Source: a virus
Reading direction: 5' to 3' (one strand)
Virus record (IMG/VR): IMGVR_UViG_3300037606_000123
Coordinates: 32,001-96,000 of that record
Length of the DNA stretch: 64,000 bases
A program made the position numbers and the translations under genes. A model generated the notes under the pieces. It was not told where the DNA came from and made no database searches. It saw only the letters and a list, made by a program, of their open reading frames with translations. Below, in pieces: positions 19,974-30,892 of this stretch (its first letter is position 1; each line of letters opens with the position of its first letter).

Positions 19974-20804
19974 TTATAATTTTATTATTTTTATTATTAC
20001 ATTTATTCTACTAACAGTATCAGCACTTATAACATTAAATGCTATTACATCATATATGTTTAATGCTGTTGTCCATGTACTAAGATTATTATTATTATTA
20101 ATTTGTTGTGAAATTAATTTTGGTAATTGTGTCCCTGCTATTGTATTTGCTACTGTTGGAATATTATAAGATGTACCTCTCCATATATCAATTTCACAAT
20201 TTCCAACAGTATTACCGATTATATCCCAACCTATAATAATTGCATCATATGGTAAAATTAAATATCCTTTTATACCAGGTGTTATAACAGATCCAGCACC
20301 ATCAACAGTTAAACCAAATGTTGAAACTAGTTCTTGAGATGGTTCTAAAAATTTAATTTTACAAATAAATCCAGTTGATGGATAACTCGAATTAACTATT
20401 ACGATTGGTTGAATATTAAAAGTAAAATATGTTGTATTATCAATTATACTTAAAATTTTATATTTAATCCATTTATTAGAATTTGATGCATCTTGTATTA
20501 ATATTATATTATTTTTTTGCATTTTATTGAATAAAAAATTACATACAAAAGAATTTATATCTGTAGTATGTATATATAATATTGTAGCTTGTGTCATATT
20601 ACTATTATTTACTCTAAATGTATTTATAGATGGATTGCTTAATGTACTTCCATCATATAACCATGTACCAATATTTAATAAATCAACAAATAAATCATCA
20701 ATAAAATCTTTATTCACAGCATCTAATTGATTTACAGGTGTTGCAAGATTTTTGATATTGTTTTGATTTAAATTTAAATGTGTTCTAACTTTTTTTTCTG
20801 CCAT
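19974..20804 (-). CDS. Tail-fibre-associated structural protein
   Basis: IKNLATPVNQLDAVNK motif; C-terminal LTVDGAGSVITPG module. Confidence 0.6.
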   Translation of the reverse strand: MAEKKVRTHLNLNQNNIKNLATPVNQLDAVNKDFIDDLFVDLLNIGTWLYDGSTLSNPSINTFRVNNSNMTQATILYIHTTDINSFVCNFLFNKMQKNNIILIQDASNSNKWIKYKILSIIDNTTYFTFNIQPIVIVNSSYPSTGFICKIKFLEPSQELVSTFGLTVDGAGSVITPGIKGYLILPYDAIIIGWDIIGNTVGNCEIDIWRGTSYNIPTVANTIAGTQLPKLISQQINNNNNLSTWTTALNIYDVIAFNVISADTVSRINVIIKIIKL

Positions 20805-20823
20805 ACATACATTATATAATATT

Positions 20824-22065
20824 TTATACTGGTTGTCCTATATTTCCAATAACAACAGCGATAACATTTATATTTGAACCGTTTGCAGTAATAGTAACAG
20901 TATTAACAGTTGTATTTACAATTGTAACTATATATTCTTCAAATGTTGAAGCATCATATACTGTTACAGATACATTACGTGTATTAAAATTATGTGTAAT
21001 TATTTGAGCACCCGCCATATCACCAATAGTTATAGCACTTGTTGCAACTTTACTTACATAATTACCTATTGTTAATTGATTAGAACCGTTTTTTGTAATT
21101 GTATTTGTATCTACTAAAACATTTAAACCTGTTCCTGTTGTTTGAATAGCACCAGTAGCATTTAAATTTACACCAATAGAATCTGGATTTACTGTTATTG
21201 AATTATCTGCTGCAACAACGTCAATAGTATTACCAGTTTTAGTTAAACCAAAACCACCAATAATTGTACCTGTTGCAGAAAATTGTGTAAATATTAAATC
21301 GTTTGTACCAACTACATCATTAGTTTGATTATTCGTACATGTCCAACCAGTATCAGCATTTATTGTACCTTCTTCTACAAACATAAAAGCGGATGCAACA
21401 TTATCTCCAATTTTAAAATCTAATGCTCTTGTCCAAGCTCCAGCATTTGCTAAGTAAATACCATCTTGTGTAGTTGTAGTTTGACCTGTTAGTAATACTC
21501 TATCATTTGCTAATAATGTAACACCATCTATTGTTAATAAACCACTTAATGCACTGTTTGATAATCCTATTACACGAACAGAATTTTTAACTTTTAATCC
21601 TTGCGCTACAGCATCAACATATGCTTTATTTGCACCATCGGTATTATTTATTGGTGTATCATTAATTGTTATTTTATTAATGATAGTATTACCATCAACA
21701 TCTCTAAGCATTAATGTTGATGCTGTAGCTGATTCTGTCGCGTTGTTTAATTTTGCTTTATCTGCTGCTGACATTGATCCTGCTGCAACTATTGTAGCTG
21801 GATCTAAAGATACTGTTGCAATACCATCAACATCAACAGTTACAGCAATACCGCCACCACCAGCAATAACATTTATTATATCTCCACCATAAGACCAGAC
21901 AGGACCTACAATATTAATACAAACACCAATTTGTAATTTTACAGTATCAAAGTATATTTGACCCAATTTCGGTGTTAATGGTGATGTAGCTGAATTTTCT
22001 ACCCTTGCTTTTAAAAGTTCATTTTGATTTAAATTTATATCAACTTTATAATTTCTTTGTGCCAT
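20824..22065 (-). CDS. Fibre/decoration-like structural protein
   Basis: DGANKAYVD, VKNSVRV, IDGVTLLANDRVLLTGQT..DGIY, FMFVEEG. Confidence 0.65.
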   Translation of the reverse strand: MAQRNYKVDINLNQNELLKARVENSATSPLTPKLGQIYFDTVKLQIGVCINIVGPVWSYGGDIINVIAGGGGIAVTVDVDGIATVSLDPATIVAAGSMSAADKAKLNNATESATASTLMLRDVDGNTIINKITINDTPINNTDGANKAYVDAVAQGLKVKNSVRVIGLSNSALSGLLTIDGVTLLANDRVLLTGQTTTTQDGIYLANAGAWTRALDFKIGDNVASAFMFVEEGTINADTGWTCTNNQTNDVVGTNDLIFTQFSATGTIIGGFGLTKTGNTIDVVAADNSITVNPDSIGVNLNATGAIQTTGTGLNVLVDTNTITKNGSNQLTIGNYVSKVATSAITIGDMAGAQIITHNFNTRNVSVTVYDASTFEEYIVTIVNTTVNTVTITANGSNINVIAVVIGNIGQPV

Positions 22066-22104
22066 AAATAAATAATATATTTTTTATTATATATATTATT
22101 TATT

Positions 22105-22362
22105 TTAAGAGATAATTGCAATACCTTCAACTGGATTATTAAATATTATTTGTAATTGCATATTATTAATATAATTTATTTCTCCCTCAATAGTTTTATT
22201 GTTTATATCATAAATTATAACATTTACATGTTTATTTAATAAGTGTGTGATATTCCAAGTTGTTAATGGGAATGGTTGAGTATATGTAAAAGACAAATTA
22301 AAATCTAATTTATCTTTTGATATAGATTGATTTTTAATTTGTTTACCTTTAATTATACTCAT
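22105..22362 (-). CDS. Small structural protein
   Basis: WNITHLLNK-VNVIIYD motif also seen at the end of the adjacent gene (ITHNFNTRNVSVTVYD). Confidence 0.6.
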   Translation of the reverse strand: MSIIKGKQIKNQSISKDKLDFNLSFTYTQPFPLTTWNITHLLNKHVNVIIYDINNKTIEGEINYINNMQLQIIFNNPVEGIAIIS

Positions 22363-22378
22363 AAATTATATATGAAAA

Positions 22379-22969
22379 TTATTTTGTAATTATATATTTA
22401 GACCAAAATTCAACTGATTTTTTATATAATTCATGATTTAATTTTACCCCATTACCTCCCTCTTTTTTACCTAATGCATTTCTGAAAATTGTTATCGGTG
22501 GCATTGGGTCTGGTTCTGATTCAGCACATCCTAAAATAGCAACAACACCCCATTCACAATCTTCACTTAATTCAAAATCAAATGTTTGTATTTCTGTATA
22601 ATATTCATTTAATAATTGTTTATACGTGTATAATACAAATACTAAATAATTTGCTTTTGGTTTTTTAAAATATTTTGGTAATTCTAACCATTCAGATAGT
22701 ACTGGTAATTCATTTGGTGTTCTTGAAGAATACCCTGTACGTAAAAACATATGTTGATCTATTGAACGTTCAATAACTCCTTGTTTTATTTCATTAAATT
22801 TATTTTCTATAATTAAATATTTACAATGATCATCTGGTGAATCAATTAAAATATGATCTGCATAATTAATATCTTTTAATAACAAAGTAGAAATATCTTC
22901 TGTTATTTTTGTACCAACAAATGATACATTAAATTGTCTTTTTACAAAATTCGTATATTCAATTATCAT
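22379..22969 (-). CDS. Hypothetical protein
   Basis: Intact ORF; C-terminal PMPPITIFRNALG..GGNG motif. Confidence 0.7.
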   Translation of the reverse strand: MIIEYTNFVKRQFNVSFVGTKITEDISTLLLKDINYADHILIDSPDDHCKYLIIENKFNEIKQGVIERSIDQHMFLRTGYSSRTPNELPVLSEWLELPKYFKKPKANYLVFVLYTYKQLLNEYYTEIQTFDFELSEDCEWGVVAILGCAESEPDPMPPITIFRNALGKKEGGNGVKLNHELYKKSVEFWSKYIITK

Positions 22970-23393
22970 AATTAAAATTTATATTTTTTATATATTCGTA
23001 TAATATTGTCCAATCAGTTTCTGCATTAAATCCAGCTTTATCTTCTAATAATAAATTAAAATATATTTTTTTATTATAACAGCCTAAAGAATCATTATGA
23101 ATATCTAAATTTTCATTTGCATATTTAAAAATAATACTGTCTTTTTTAAAAAAAGATAAATATTTTGTTATTTCTGATGGGTGTGAACATGTATAAATAA
23201 TCAATACTATATCTTTACGTGTAGATAAATATTGTAATACTTCTTTTGAATTTGATATATATTCAGTAGGTAATCCATTTTTATTATAATTACCATACAC
23301 AATAGTATTATGTATATCTACAGCAATATATATTTTATCCCATTTTTTATCCTGAGCACTTAAATGCACTCTATGTAACGCGTCTATAAGCAT
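22959..23393 (-). CDS. HAD-like hydrolase
   Basis: IYIAVDIHNTI, IIYTCS, LLEDKAGF. Confidence 0.6.
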   Translation of the reverse strand: MLIDALHRVHLSAQDKKWDKIYIAVDIHNTIVYGNYNKNGLPTEYISNSKEVLQYLSTRKDIVLIIYTCSHPSEITKYLSFFKKDSIIFKYANENLDIHNDSLGCYNKKIYFNLLLEDKAGFNAETDWTILYEYIKNINFNYDN

Positions 23394-23400
23394 AATATAA

Positions 23401-23721
23401 TTATTTTTTAATTTTTATTGTAATATATTCTAATTCTGGATCATATTCTGAAACACCAACTATATAATTACCTTCATTTGTCATAATAATATCAGAAAAA
23501 TGATATATTATATCTAATGTTTGAAATTCTATTGGTAATGTTTCATGAAAGTTATAATCATTTTTTGTGTAAATGTTTAAAATATCATATTCTATATTAC
23601 TAAAAATATCACATTTATATTGCTCTTTCAACCATTCTATAAATAAATTTTTTAATAATGTTTGATTCAATAATTGTACTACTTCCATAATTTTTAATTT
23701 AAAACTGTAAATTTTTGGCAT
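23401..23721 (-). CDS. Hypothetical protein
   Basis: Intact ORF in operon. Confidence 0.5.
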   Translation of the reverse strand: MPKIYSFKLKIMEVVQLLNQTLLKNLFIEWLKEQYKCDIFSNIEYDILNIYTKNDYNFHETLPIEFQTLDIIYHFSDIIMTNEGNYIVGVSEYDPELEYITIKIKK

Positions 23722-24707
23722 CTGATTTTGCCACCTGCATGAACTAAAGCAGCTAGATCATCTTTGTGAATTCTAACTTCTACAACCAATTCTTCGCAAT
23801 AATCAGTTGCCTGTGGTTTTGTCCAAACAGATAATCCAAATGAATTTTCATTATCATTATTGAAATCAGCATGACATTCATATTCTTGACCTTTTAAGTA
23901 TTGAAATTGAAAGTTAAATTTACTATAACGATCACTTCTAATACCTTTAAATCCATAAACATAATTACCTTTAACTACATATAAACCAGTCTTTTTAATA
24001 GCTTCTAATTTATAATCACCATTCATATATAACCAACTATTATTATTCAATCTTAATTTATGTTCAATAATAAAAGATTCAGATAACTTTTGATATTTTG
24101 ATATACAACCCCAATAAACATAATCTTTATGTTCAATTATAAACGATTCAGATAATTTTTGAAAACATGATATACGATCCCAAGAAACTTTATCTTTATG
24201 TTCTGTAATAAAAGATTCAGATAATTTTTGATTACTTGATATACGATCCCAATTAACTTTATCTTTAAATTCAATAATAAAAGATTCTGATAATTTCTGA
24301 TAATATGATATACAATCCCAATAAACTTTATCTTTATGTTCTGATATGAATGATTCTGATAATTTCTGATTATATGATATATAATTCCAATCAACATAAT
24401 CTTTATGTTCAGTAATGAATGATTCTGATAACTTTTGATAATATGATATACAAGTCCAATCAACTTTATCTTTAAATTCAGTAATAAAAGATTCTGATAA
24501 CTTTTGATACATCGATATATGATTCCAATATAATTTATTTAAGTCAATTTTATTTGATTTTTTGAATATTGATAATAATTCTGGATATTGATTTAAAACG
24601 TTATAATTAATATTTTTTTTAATTAATTTATCATATAAAACTTTCTTTAAATCTTTCGATTTTGTTTTAATATTCAATAATTCAATAATTTGTTCTGTTG
24701 TTCTCAT
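23694..24707 (-). CDS. Repeat protein with about 7 copies of a 23-aa W-xx-IS-xx-QKLSESFI unit plus a C-terminal globular domain
   Basis: 69-bp tandem repeats at about 24058-24535. Confidence 0.85.
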   Translation of the reverse strand: MRTTEQIIELLNIKTKSKDLKKVLYDKLIKKNINYNVLNQYPELLSIFKKSNKIDLNKLYWNHISMYQKLSESFITEFKDKVDWTCISYYQKLSESFITEHKDYVDWNYISYNQKLSESFISEHKDKVYWDCISYYQKLSESFIIEFKDKVNWDRISSNQKLSESFITEHKDKVSWDRISCFQKLSESFIIEHKDYVYWGCISKYQKLSESFIIEHKLRLNNNSWLYMNGDYKLEAIKKTGLYVVKGNYVYGFKGIRSDRYSKFNFQFQYLKGQEYECHADFNNDNENSFGLSVWTKPQATDYCEELVVEVRIHKDDLAALVHAGGKIRCQKFTVLN

Positions 24708-24763
24708 ATTTTAATAATATATAATAATAGAACAAAAATATAAATAATAAACAACAAATAAAA

Positions 24764-25780
24764 ATGTATAGAAGTATAAATGAATTTTTCTTTTCAAAAC
24801 ATTATATGTATGATGCAAATAATAGATTTAATTTAAGAATAAAAAACGCAAAGATTTTAAATAGTTTTCAAGATCCAATTAAGGCAGATTTAAGATTAAA
24901 AAAGGCATTATATTATTATGCATTAGAATTATTAGATAAATCATCTATTGCAATACAACCGATTGCTATTGCTTTTGGTAATATATATTTTAGAGAAAAC
25001 AGTAGATTACAAGCGGCAGAAATTGAAATTGATAATATTGTTAAAGGTAATGTTTATGTAGCAGTTATAAAAGAGCAAACCGTTGTAACATTATTATTAA
25101 TGCCATTAACAATTAGTAATGAAGATATAGCTAAAAAAATATATGATCATGATGGAACAACAATTAAACAGTTGCGTGATATGGATTTTAAAGAATTATC
25201 TTTTAATGATAAAAAACGCAAAACTATAGTTATAGATTTAGATATGTCTGATGTTGATTTTATGAATTTATATCCGGTTGTAACATTAAAAAATAATAAA
25301 ATAACTACAGCTAGTGGTTTATCCAAAATTGAATTAGATGAGATAACAAATAAGAAAGAGGTTAAAAAAGAACGAACATTTTCTATTAATGCAATACCGC
25401 AAGAATTTAAAGCATTAGTACCAAATAAAGAGTTTGTTATTTATGAAGGTATGGAAATATATGTACCATATCCAGATGGACCAAAGAAAAAGAAAATAAG
25501 AAAATTGATTATAGATGAGACTGGAACAAGTCGTAAATTTTCATTAGAATTTGAAAATACACTTAAACCAATGATATTAGATTTAAATACAACATTTATT
25601 ATATCACCAAAAATGTCTAATGATGTTTATAAAAAATTATTAATAGGTTTTAATTTAGATGAAAACACTGAATTAGATTTTCAAGGACCTATAACTAAAT
25701 TTAATTTTTATAAACTTGGTAAAGGTGGTTCTAAAGTAAATAAACTTGGAGTTATAATAGATCCAAAGATGTATTTTTAA
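24764..25780 (+). CDS. Hypothetical protein
   Basis: Intact 338-aa ORF. Confidence 0.7.
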   Translation: MYRSINEFFFSKHYMYDANNRFNLRIKNAKILNSFQDPIKADLRLKKALYYYALELLDKSSIAIQPIAIAFGNIYFRENSRLQAAEIEIDNIVKGNVYVAVIKEQTVVTLLLMPLTISNEDIAKKIYDHDGTTIKQLRDMDFKELSFNDKKRKTIVIDLDMSDVDFMNLYPVVTLKNNKITTASGLSKIELDEITNKKEVKKERTFSINAIPQEFKALVPNKEFVIYEGMEIYVPYPDGPKKKKIRKLIIDETGTSRKFSLEFENTLKPMILDLNTTFIISPKMSNDVYKKLLIGFNLDENTELDFQGPITKFNFYKLGKGGSKVNKLGVIIDPKMYF

Positions 25781-26894
25781 TTATTAATTCGTTTAGTGAT
25801 TGTATAAATATTGTTTTAACTTTAACATATGCATATTCAGGAATTATAATACTATCATGTATTGTAATTATAGGTAAATTATTATATTCAGCTAAAACAT
25901 TAGGAATTAATTTATTAAAAATAAAATTAGATTCAATTCTTTGTAATTTATGTGCAATAATTTTATAATTTTTATTTTGTTTTTTATATGCACAGATCCA
26001 TTCATAGACATCAGGATATAAATTATTAAATAATATGTTCCAATAATTTTTAGACATGTTACGACCAAATAATACTGAATAAATATTTACTTTAACTTCT
26101 TTTCTATCTTTACCACTTATATCTTTTATTTTATCATATATAACACCAGTCATAACATCTGTATCAAATCCATTAAATTTAATGAATCCATTTTGTCTCA
26201 TTAATAAATATAAAAAAAACGGCTGCGAATTAGTAATATCAATTTCTTTTATTTTATCTTTTCCAAAAGTTAAAAAATTATTTCTAATATCTTTTTTTAA
26301 TATTGTGTAATTTGTATGAAATCTACCATAATTATCAAAACTATAATAAATATCTTTAATAGCAATTTTATTACATGCATTTAAATTCATTAAATGTGCT
26401 TTATCATTTATATCTATATTATTATCTATCCACTGTTTAGCCCCAACAATATTTAAATCCATTTTATATAAATCTTTAATTAATTTATTTTTCAATGTAT
26501 CTGAAATTAAATTATTAGCTATATTTAATTGTATCGTTTTATCATATAATTTTTTTGGTACATCTACAGTAATTGATAAATACCCGTTTCTTTTTGTTTT
26601 TTCTGTTAATTTATAACATTTAGATTTAATGCCAGAACTATAATTCTTAAATAAGTAAATAAAATTATATTCCATTAAATATTCGATATACTTAACATAT
26701 GAATTACCATATAAAGATTTCAAAACACGAGAATTTAATTTCATATTATCTTTATTAAAACATATATATCTATTCAAAAACATATCAATAATATTTATCA
26801 TATTAATAGTTTTTAATCTTGTCTCTTTATAATTAATATACTTTTTAGTATAAATATCTTTTAAAATAGGACTAATATATTTTAAATTTTGCAT
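25752..26894 (-). CDS. Family-A polymerase palm/fingers-like protein without exonuclease domains
   Basis: DNYGRFHT, EIDITNSQP (motif A), KEVKVNIYSVLFG (motif B), TIHDSI (motif C). Confidence 0.6.
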   Translation of the reverse strand: MQNLKYISPILKDIYTKKYINYKETRLKTINMINIIDMFLNRYICFNKDNMKLNSRVLKSLYGNSYVKYIEYLMEYNFIYLFKNYSSGIKSKCYKLTEKTKRNGYLSITVDVPKKLYDKTIQLNIANNLISDTLKNKLIKDLYKMDLNIVGAKQWIDNNIDINDKAHLMNLNACNKIAIKDIYYSFDNYGRFHTNYTILKKDIRNNFLTFGKDKIKEIDITNSQPFFLYLLMRQNGFIKFNGFDTDVMTGVIYDKIKDISGKDRKEVKVNIYSVLFGRNMSKNYWNILFNNLYPDVYEWICAYKKQNKNYKIIAHKLQRIESNFIFNKLIPNVLAEYNNLPIITIHDSIIIPEYAYVKVKTIFIQSLNELIIKNTSLDLL

Positions 26895-27118
26895 ACAACT
26901 ATTAGTATAAATATTAATAAAAGTTTAAAAAATGATTTTTAATATTTATAATATTTTAATTATTTTTACTTATATATCATATGTGTCCACTTTATTTTCA
27001 AGGAAAATTAAACTTTTTTATTTAATACAATATAATAATGTTATTATTTTTTAGTTTTTATTTTTTTAATTCAAATAATTTATTATCTTTGTAATGTTCA
27101 ATTAATAAATATAAAAAA

Positions 27119-28201
27119 ATGTCACAAAAAATTTCACAAAAAGATATAGTGTTTGATTTTTTAAAAACTGTATCACCAACACAATCATCTTTATCTGTAT
27201 GGGAAGAGTTTGAAACAGCTAATCCAGGGTTTAATAAAAAAAATTATAGTTTTTATAGAAATCAAGCAATAAATGATGGGATATATGTACAAGTTAAAAA
27301 AAGACTTGTAACTGATATAAATACATTAAAAGTATTTAACGAAAAAGAATTAGTTGTTAAAACAATTAATCTTGATACTATTGATCCTGCAAAATTTAAA
27401 GCAATACCAACAGGTACACCATTTGATAAAATTGCATCTAAGCGTTTAGGAATAATGCCTGGAACTGCATATATGATTACAGGTGAATCTGGTGCAGGTA
27501 AAACAACTGTATCTACAAATATTGCAGATTATTTAAAAGAAAACAATGAAGGATATACTGCGGGATTTATTTCAGGTGAAATGGATGAAAATGATTGGAC
27601 AGAAGAATGTTTAGACAATCCAAGATTAGCTGATTTAGAAACTGTATTTTTATTAGATTATTTAGATGCTTCAAATTATGTTGAAATTTTAGTTGAAAGT
27701 TTATCAAAATGGAATTTTGTAATTCTTGATTCGTTTGAAGTTGTAATTGATCAATTAAAAGATATAAAAGGTTGGACTGCAAAAAAAGCAGAAGCAGAAT
27801 TAATTAATATGCTCAGAAAAGCAGCAGCAGAATCTAATTGTACAGTTCTTGCAATTCAACAATATACAAAAGGTGGTACATTTGTTGGGTCTAATAAAAT
27901 CAAACACTTATTAACAGGAATGATTTTTGTTAGATTTGATAAACACGGAGATCGTTATATCGAATTTGTTAAAAACCGTCGAGGTGGACATATGATAGGA
28001 AAACATATGTATTTTACTAAAAATAAAGAAACAGGTAGAATTGAATTTGATGATTTACGATTTGAAAATGATGCAGCTTTAGTATCTTTTAATCAAGATG
28101 AAGCTACAAAAATTCAAGAAGAAGTTGGTATCTTTGATGATTTAATTATGTTACAAGCAGAAGCGGCACAAAAACGTAGAGAAGAATTATTAGCAATTTA
28201 A
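27119..28201 (+). CDS. RadA/Sms-like RecA-family ATPase
   Basis: ITGESGAGKTT, ISGEM, VILDSF, TKGGTFVGSNKIKH, KNRRG. Confidence 0.8.
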   Translation: MSQKISQKDIVFDFLKTVSPTQSSLSVWEEFETANPGFNKKNYSFYRNQAINDGIYVQVKKRLVTDINTLKVFNEKELVVKTINLDTIDPAKFKAIPTGTPFDKIASKRLGIMPGTAYMITGESGAGKTTVSTNIADYLKENNEGYTAGFISGEMDENDWTEECLDNPRLADLETVFLLDYLDASNYVEILVESLSKWNFVILDSFEVVIDQLKDIKGWTAKKAEAELINMLRKAAAESNCTVLAIQQYTKGGTFVGSNKIKHLLTGMIFVRFDKHGDRYIEFVKNRRGGHMIGKHMYFTKNKETGRIEFDDLRFENDAALVSFNQDEATKIQEEVGIFDDLIMLQAEAAQKRREELLAI

Positions 28202-28242
28202 AAATAATTAATAAAATATTTTTTTTATTAAAAAAGAATTAC

Positions 28243-28250
28243 TATATTTG
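28243..28250 (+). promoter_or_regulatory. Bacteroidota-type -7 promoter box TAnnTTTG (also + 27084, 61185, 63005; - 166, 1626, 12963, 13569, 15259)
   Basis: Recurs in intergenic DNA just upstream of co-oriented genes. Confidence 0.7.
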
Positions 28251-28287
28251 TTAAACAATATAAATAAATAATTATATAAATAATATT

Positions 28288-29427
28288 ATGGCACAATCAA
28301 AATTAAATAGTACAAACGTTTCACAAGAACAGTATAATGAATTTAAAGAAAAAGCATTAAATCATTCGATTGTTAGACGTGTTATTTCATTCAAGGATTT
28401 AACATTAATAAGCGATAGTATTATCGAGTATAGTGGTGTGCAATTTCAAATGACAGAAAATGCATTTAAATCATTAGTGAAAATATTAGGTTTATCTAAT
28501 GGTGTAATGGAAACAATTACAAAACAATTAGGTGAATCAGTAACAAATAAATTGTTATCAATGATGAAAGTTGCAATGAGTAGCGATACATCAAAAAATA
28601 CAATTTGTATTTTAGTAGATAAAAAAACAAGTAAAATAGTTGGATTTAGTAAATCAGCTCAATCAATTTTATCAAACAACGCATATTTTACATTGTTTGA
28701 ACAAACAATGAATAACCATACAGGAATGCACATTAAAAATATGGGTATTACTGAAAATGGAAATATTGAAATTTCTGTTTTAAATGACAATTGGGAATTT
28801 AATGTTGGGGGATTGAGTGATGAATATTTTAAATCTGGTTTAGTATTTATTAATACACCAGATTCAACAATTATTAATCCATTTAACGAACGTCTAGTTT
28901 GTACTAATGGTATGGTTGTTTCTGATAATGGTTTGTCATTAATCCTTAAAAATGGAGATGCAAATTCTATAAGTGGTTTCTTTGATGCTGTTCGTAATTT
29001 AAGTGGTACAATTAATTTTGAAAAAGAATTTAAAAATCGTATCATTAAAATGATGGACACAAAAGCATCATACGGCGAAGTTCTTAGTGTTAGAAAAAAT
29101 GTTGAATACCACGTTTCAAATATTAGTCACCCTGATGTAAGAGCAAGCGTAGAACAATTTATTCCAACACAATATATTCATCGTTCATTTTTAGATCAAA
29201 AAGTGGATATTTATAAAATTGATAGTAAGAATTATGCGAAAATTAACACGATGTTAACGGTTTGGGATTTAGTAAATAGATTGACAGATTTATCATCACA
29301 TCCTGTTAAATACGGTTTTGAACTACAACACGGAAATAGTTCTATTTTTGAATTACAAAAAGCGGCTGGTAATTTATCATTTAAAAAGCAATACGATTTA
29401 GAATGTGCGGTTAAACAAATTTTCTAA
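28288..29427 (+). CDS. DUF932-like protein
   Basis: RLVCTNGM signature. Confidence 0.6.
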   Translation: MAQSKLNSTNVSQEQYNEFKEKALNHSIVRRVISFKDLTLISDSIIEYSGVQFQMTENAFKSLVKILGLSNGVMETITKQLGESVTNKLLSMMKVAMSSDTSKNTICILVDKKTSKIVGFSKSAQSILSNNAYFTLFEQTMNNHTGMHIKNMGITENGNIEISVLNDNWEFNVGGLSDEYFKSGLVFINTPDSTIINPFNERLVCTNGMVVSDNGLSLILKNGDANSISGFFDAVRNLSGTINFEKEFKNRIIKMMDTKASYGEVLSVRKNVEYHVSNISHPDVRASVEQFIPTQYIHRSFLDQKVDIYKIDSKNYAKINTMLTVWDLVNRLTDLSSHPVKYGFELQHGNSSIFELQKAAGNLSFKKQYDLECAVKQIF

Positions 29428-29510
29428 ATATTATTAGTTGAACAATTAAACCTATTAAGAAATTAATAGGTTTTTTTTATATATATAATATATAAAAAAA
29501 ACGTAATAAT

Positions 29511-30218
29511 ATGCATCAAAAAAATTTAACACCAATACAAGATGGTGAAATTGTTAAATTACAAAAACCTTTAAATAATACATTTTCTGATCATGTTAAA
29601 AATAATGATGGAATTGTATTGGCCACATGCGATAATTGTAAAGCTGAAAATGTTAATATTGAAGATCACATATGTAAAACATTAGTTACATTACCTAATC
29701 CATCAGATATGGTTACAACTATAGAAAATTTTAAAAAAATAATAAAAGAAAATATGTTTACAACAAGAAAAGAATTTATTAATTCATTAAATGAAAATTC
29801 AAACAATACAGAATTAAAAACATTAGAAGACAATATGTATTTTGTGATTAAATCATCGGAATTACGAATTACTAAAAATTCATATAATGATGGTGAAACT
29901 GGTGAAACTACACACAGTGATACTGGTTTAGAAAAAAAACAATATAAAAACGTACAAGAAATTTTAGATCAAATAGATAGTCGTCTTACAAGTGATAGTT
30001 TAACTATTATGGATGATAGAATTATTTGTAGTTATTTAGGTGGAATGTCTGATGATAATAATTATGTTGCAACTGATTCATTAAAATACAATCAATGGAA
30101 AAATGATGAATTAGAATTGTACACATTTGATTATGATATAGTTATTGAAATTGTAGTTAAAACTAATTATACATCTCAAGATTTATCTAATTTATTAGGT
30201 ATTGCAAATTATGATTAA
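29511..30218 (+). CDS. Hypothetical protein with internal capsid-targeting-like motifs
   Basis: MVTTIENFKKIIKEN-MFTTRKEFINSLNEN. Confidence 0.7.
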   Translation: MHQKNLTPIQDGEIVKLQKPLNNTFSDHVKNNDGIVLATCDNCKAENVNIEDHICKTLVTLPNPSDMVTTIENFKKIIKENMFTTRKEFINSLNENSNNTELKTLEDNMYFVIKSSELRITKNSYNDGETGETTHSDTGLEKKQYKNVQEILDQIDSRLTSDSLTIMDDRIICSYLGGMSDDNNYVATDSLKYNQWKNDELELYTFDYDIVIEIVVKTNYTSQDLSNLLGIANYD

Positions 30219-30236
30219 TAAATAAATAAATTAGAT

Positions 30237-30890
30237 ATGAAAGAATATATATTTTTAAGATATGCAAATCAACCTAATCCACAAGTTACTGAGGTATTGG
30301 TAAATAGTATAGTTAAACAAGGTGCAAAACCTTTTTTTACATCATTACCTGGTGTTATGATTACATCGTTTAAAAGTGATTTAACTGAAAGTGAAATACG
30401 TGGAAAATTAGATATTTTAGATATTTTATATGATATAGTAGAAAAGAAAAATATTGTTGTAGATAGTCCTACAAGTACTAATACAACAACAACAAATAGT
30501 AAAGAAGAATTACAACGTGAAATGGATGCAGCAGTAGAATCTGAAGATTATGAAAAAGCTGCAACATTAAGAAATAAGATTGAGCAATTATATGGTCCAA
30601 ATGAATCATTAATTTTAAATTTTAATTTTTTTAAATACCTTAAAGAAAATATGTCAACAGAATTATCAGTTGAACGTAAGATTGAAATATTAGCTGAATT
30701 ATCTGAATGGTCTGGTGGTTATGATCCAACAGAAATGTCGTTTGATCCTAATTATAGTGATGATAGTGATGATAATGAAACACTTAATCAATACATTGAA
30801 AATTATATTTTACAAGATGAAGTAGAATTAGTTACAGATTGGTTTGTTGATTTACAGAATGGTGCTGATGATATAAAAAAATATCAATAA
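30237..30890 (+). CDS. Protein with UvrB/UvrC (UVR) coiled-coil motif
   Basis: LQREMDAAVESEDYEKAATLRNKI. Confidence 0.7.
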   Translation: MKEYIFLRYANQPNPQVTEVLVNSIVKQGAKPFFTSLPGVMITSFKSDLTESEIRGKLDILDILYDIVEKKNIVVDSPTSTNTTTTNSKEELQREMDAAVESEDYEKAATLRNKIEQLYGPNESLILNFNFFKYLKENMSTELSVERKIEILAELSEWSGGYDPTEMSFDPNYSDDSDDNETLNQYIENYILQDEVELVTDWFVDLQNGADDIKKYQ

Positions 30891-30892
30891 TT

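Noticed and set aside
24137-24463. Alternative-frame ORF in the 69-bp repeats; also a possible DGR or CRISPR array
   Set aside because: In-frame coding repeats with no unique spacers, no reverse transcriptase in the window, and substitutions not limited to adenines
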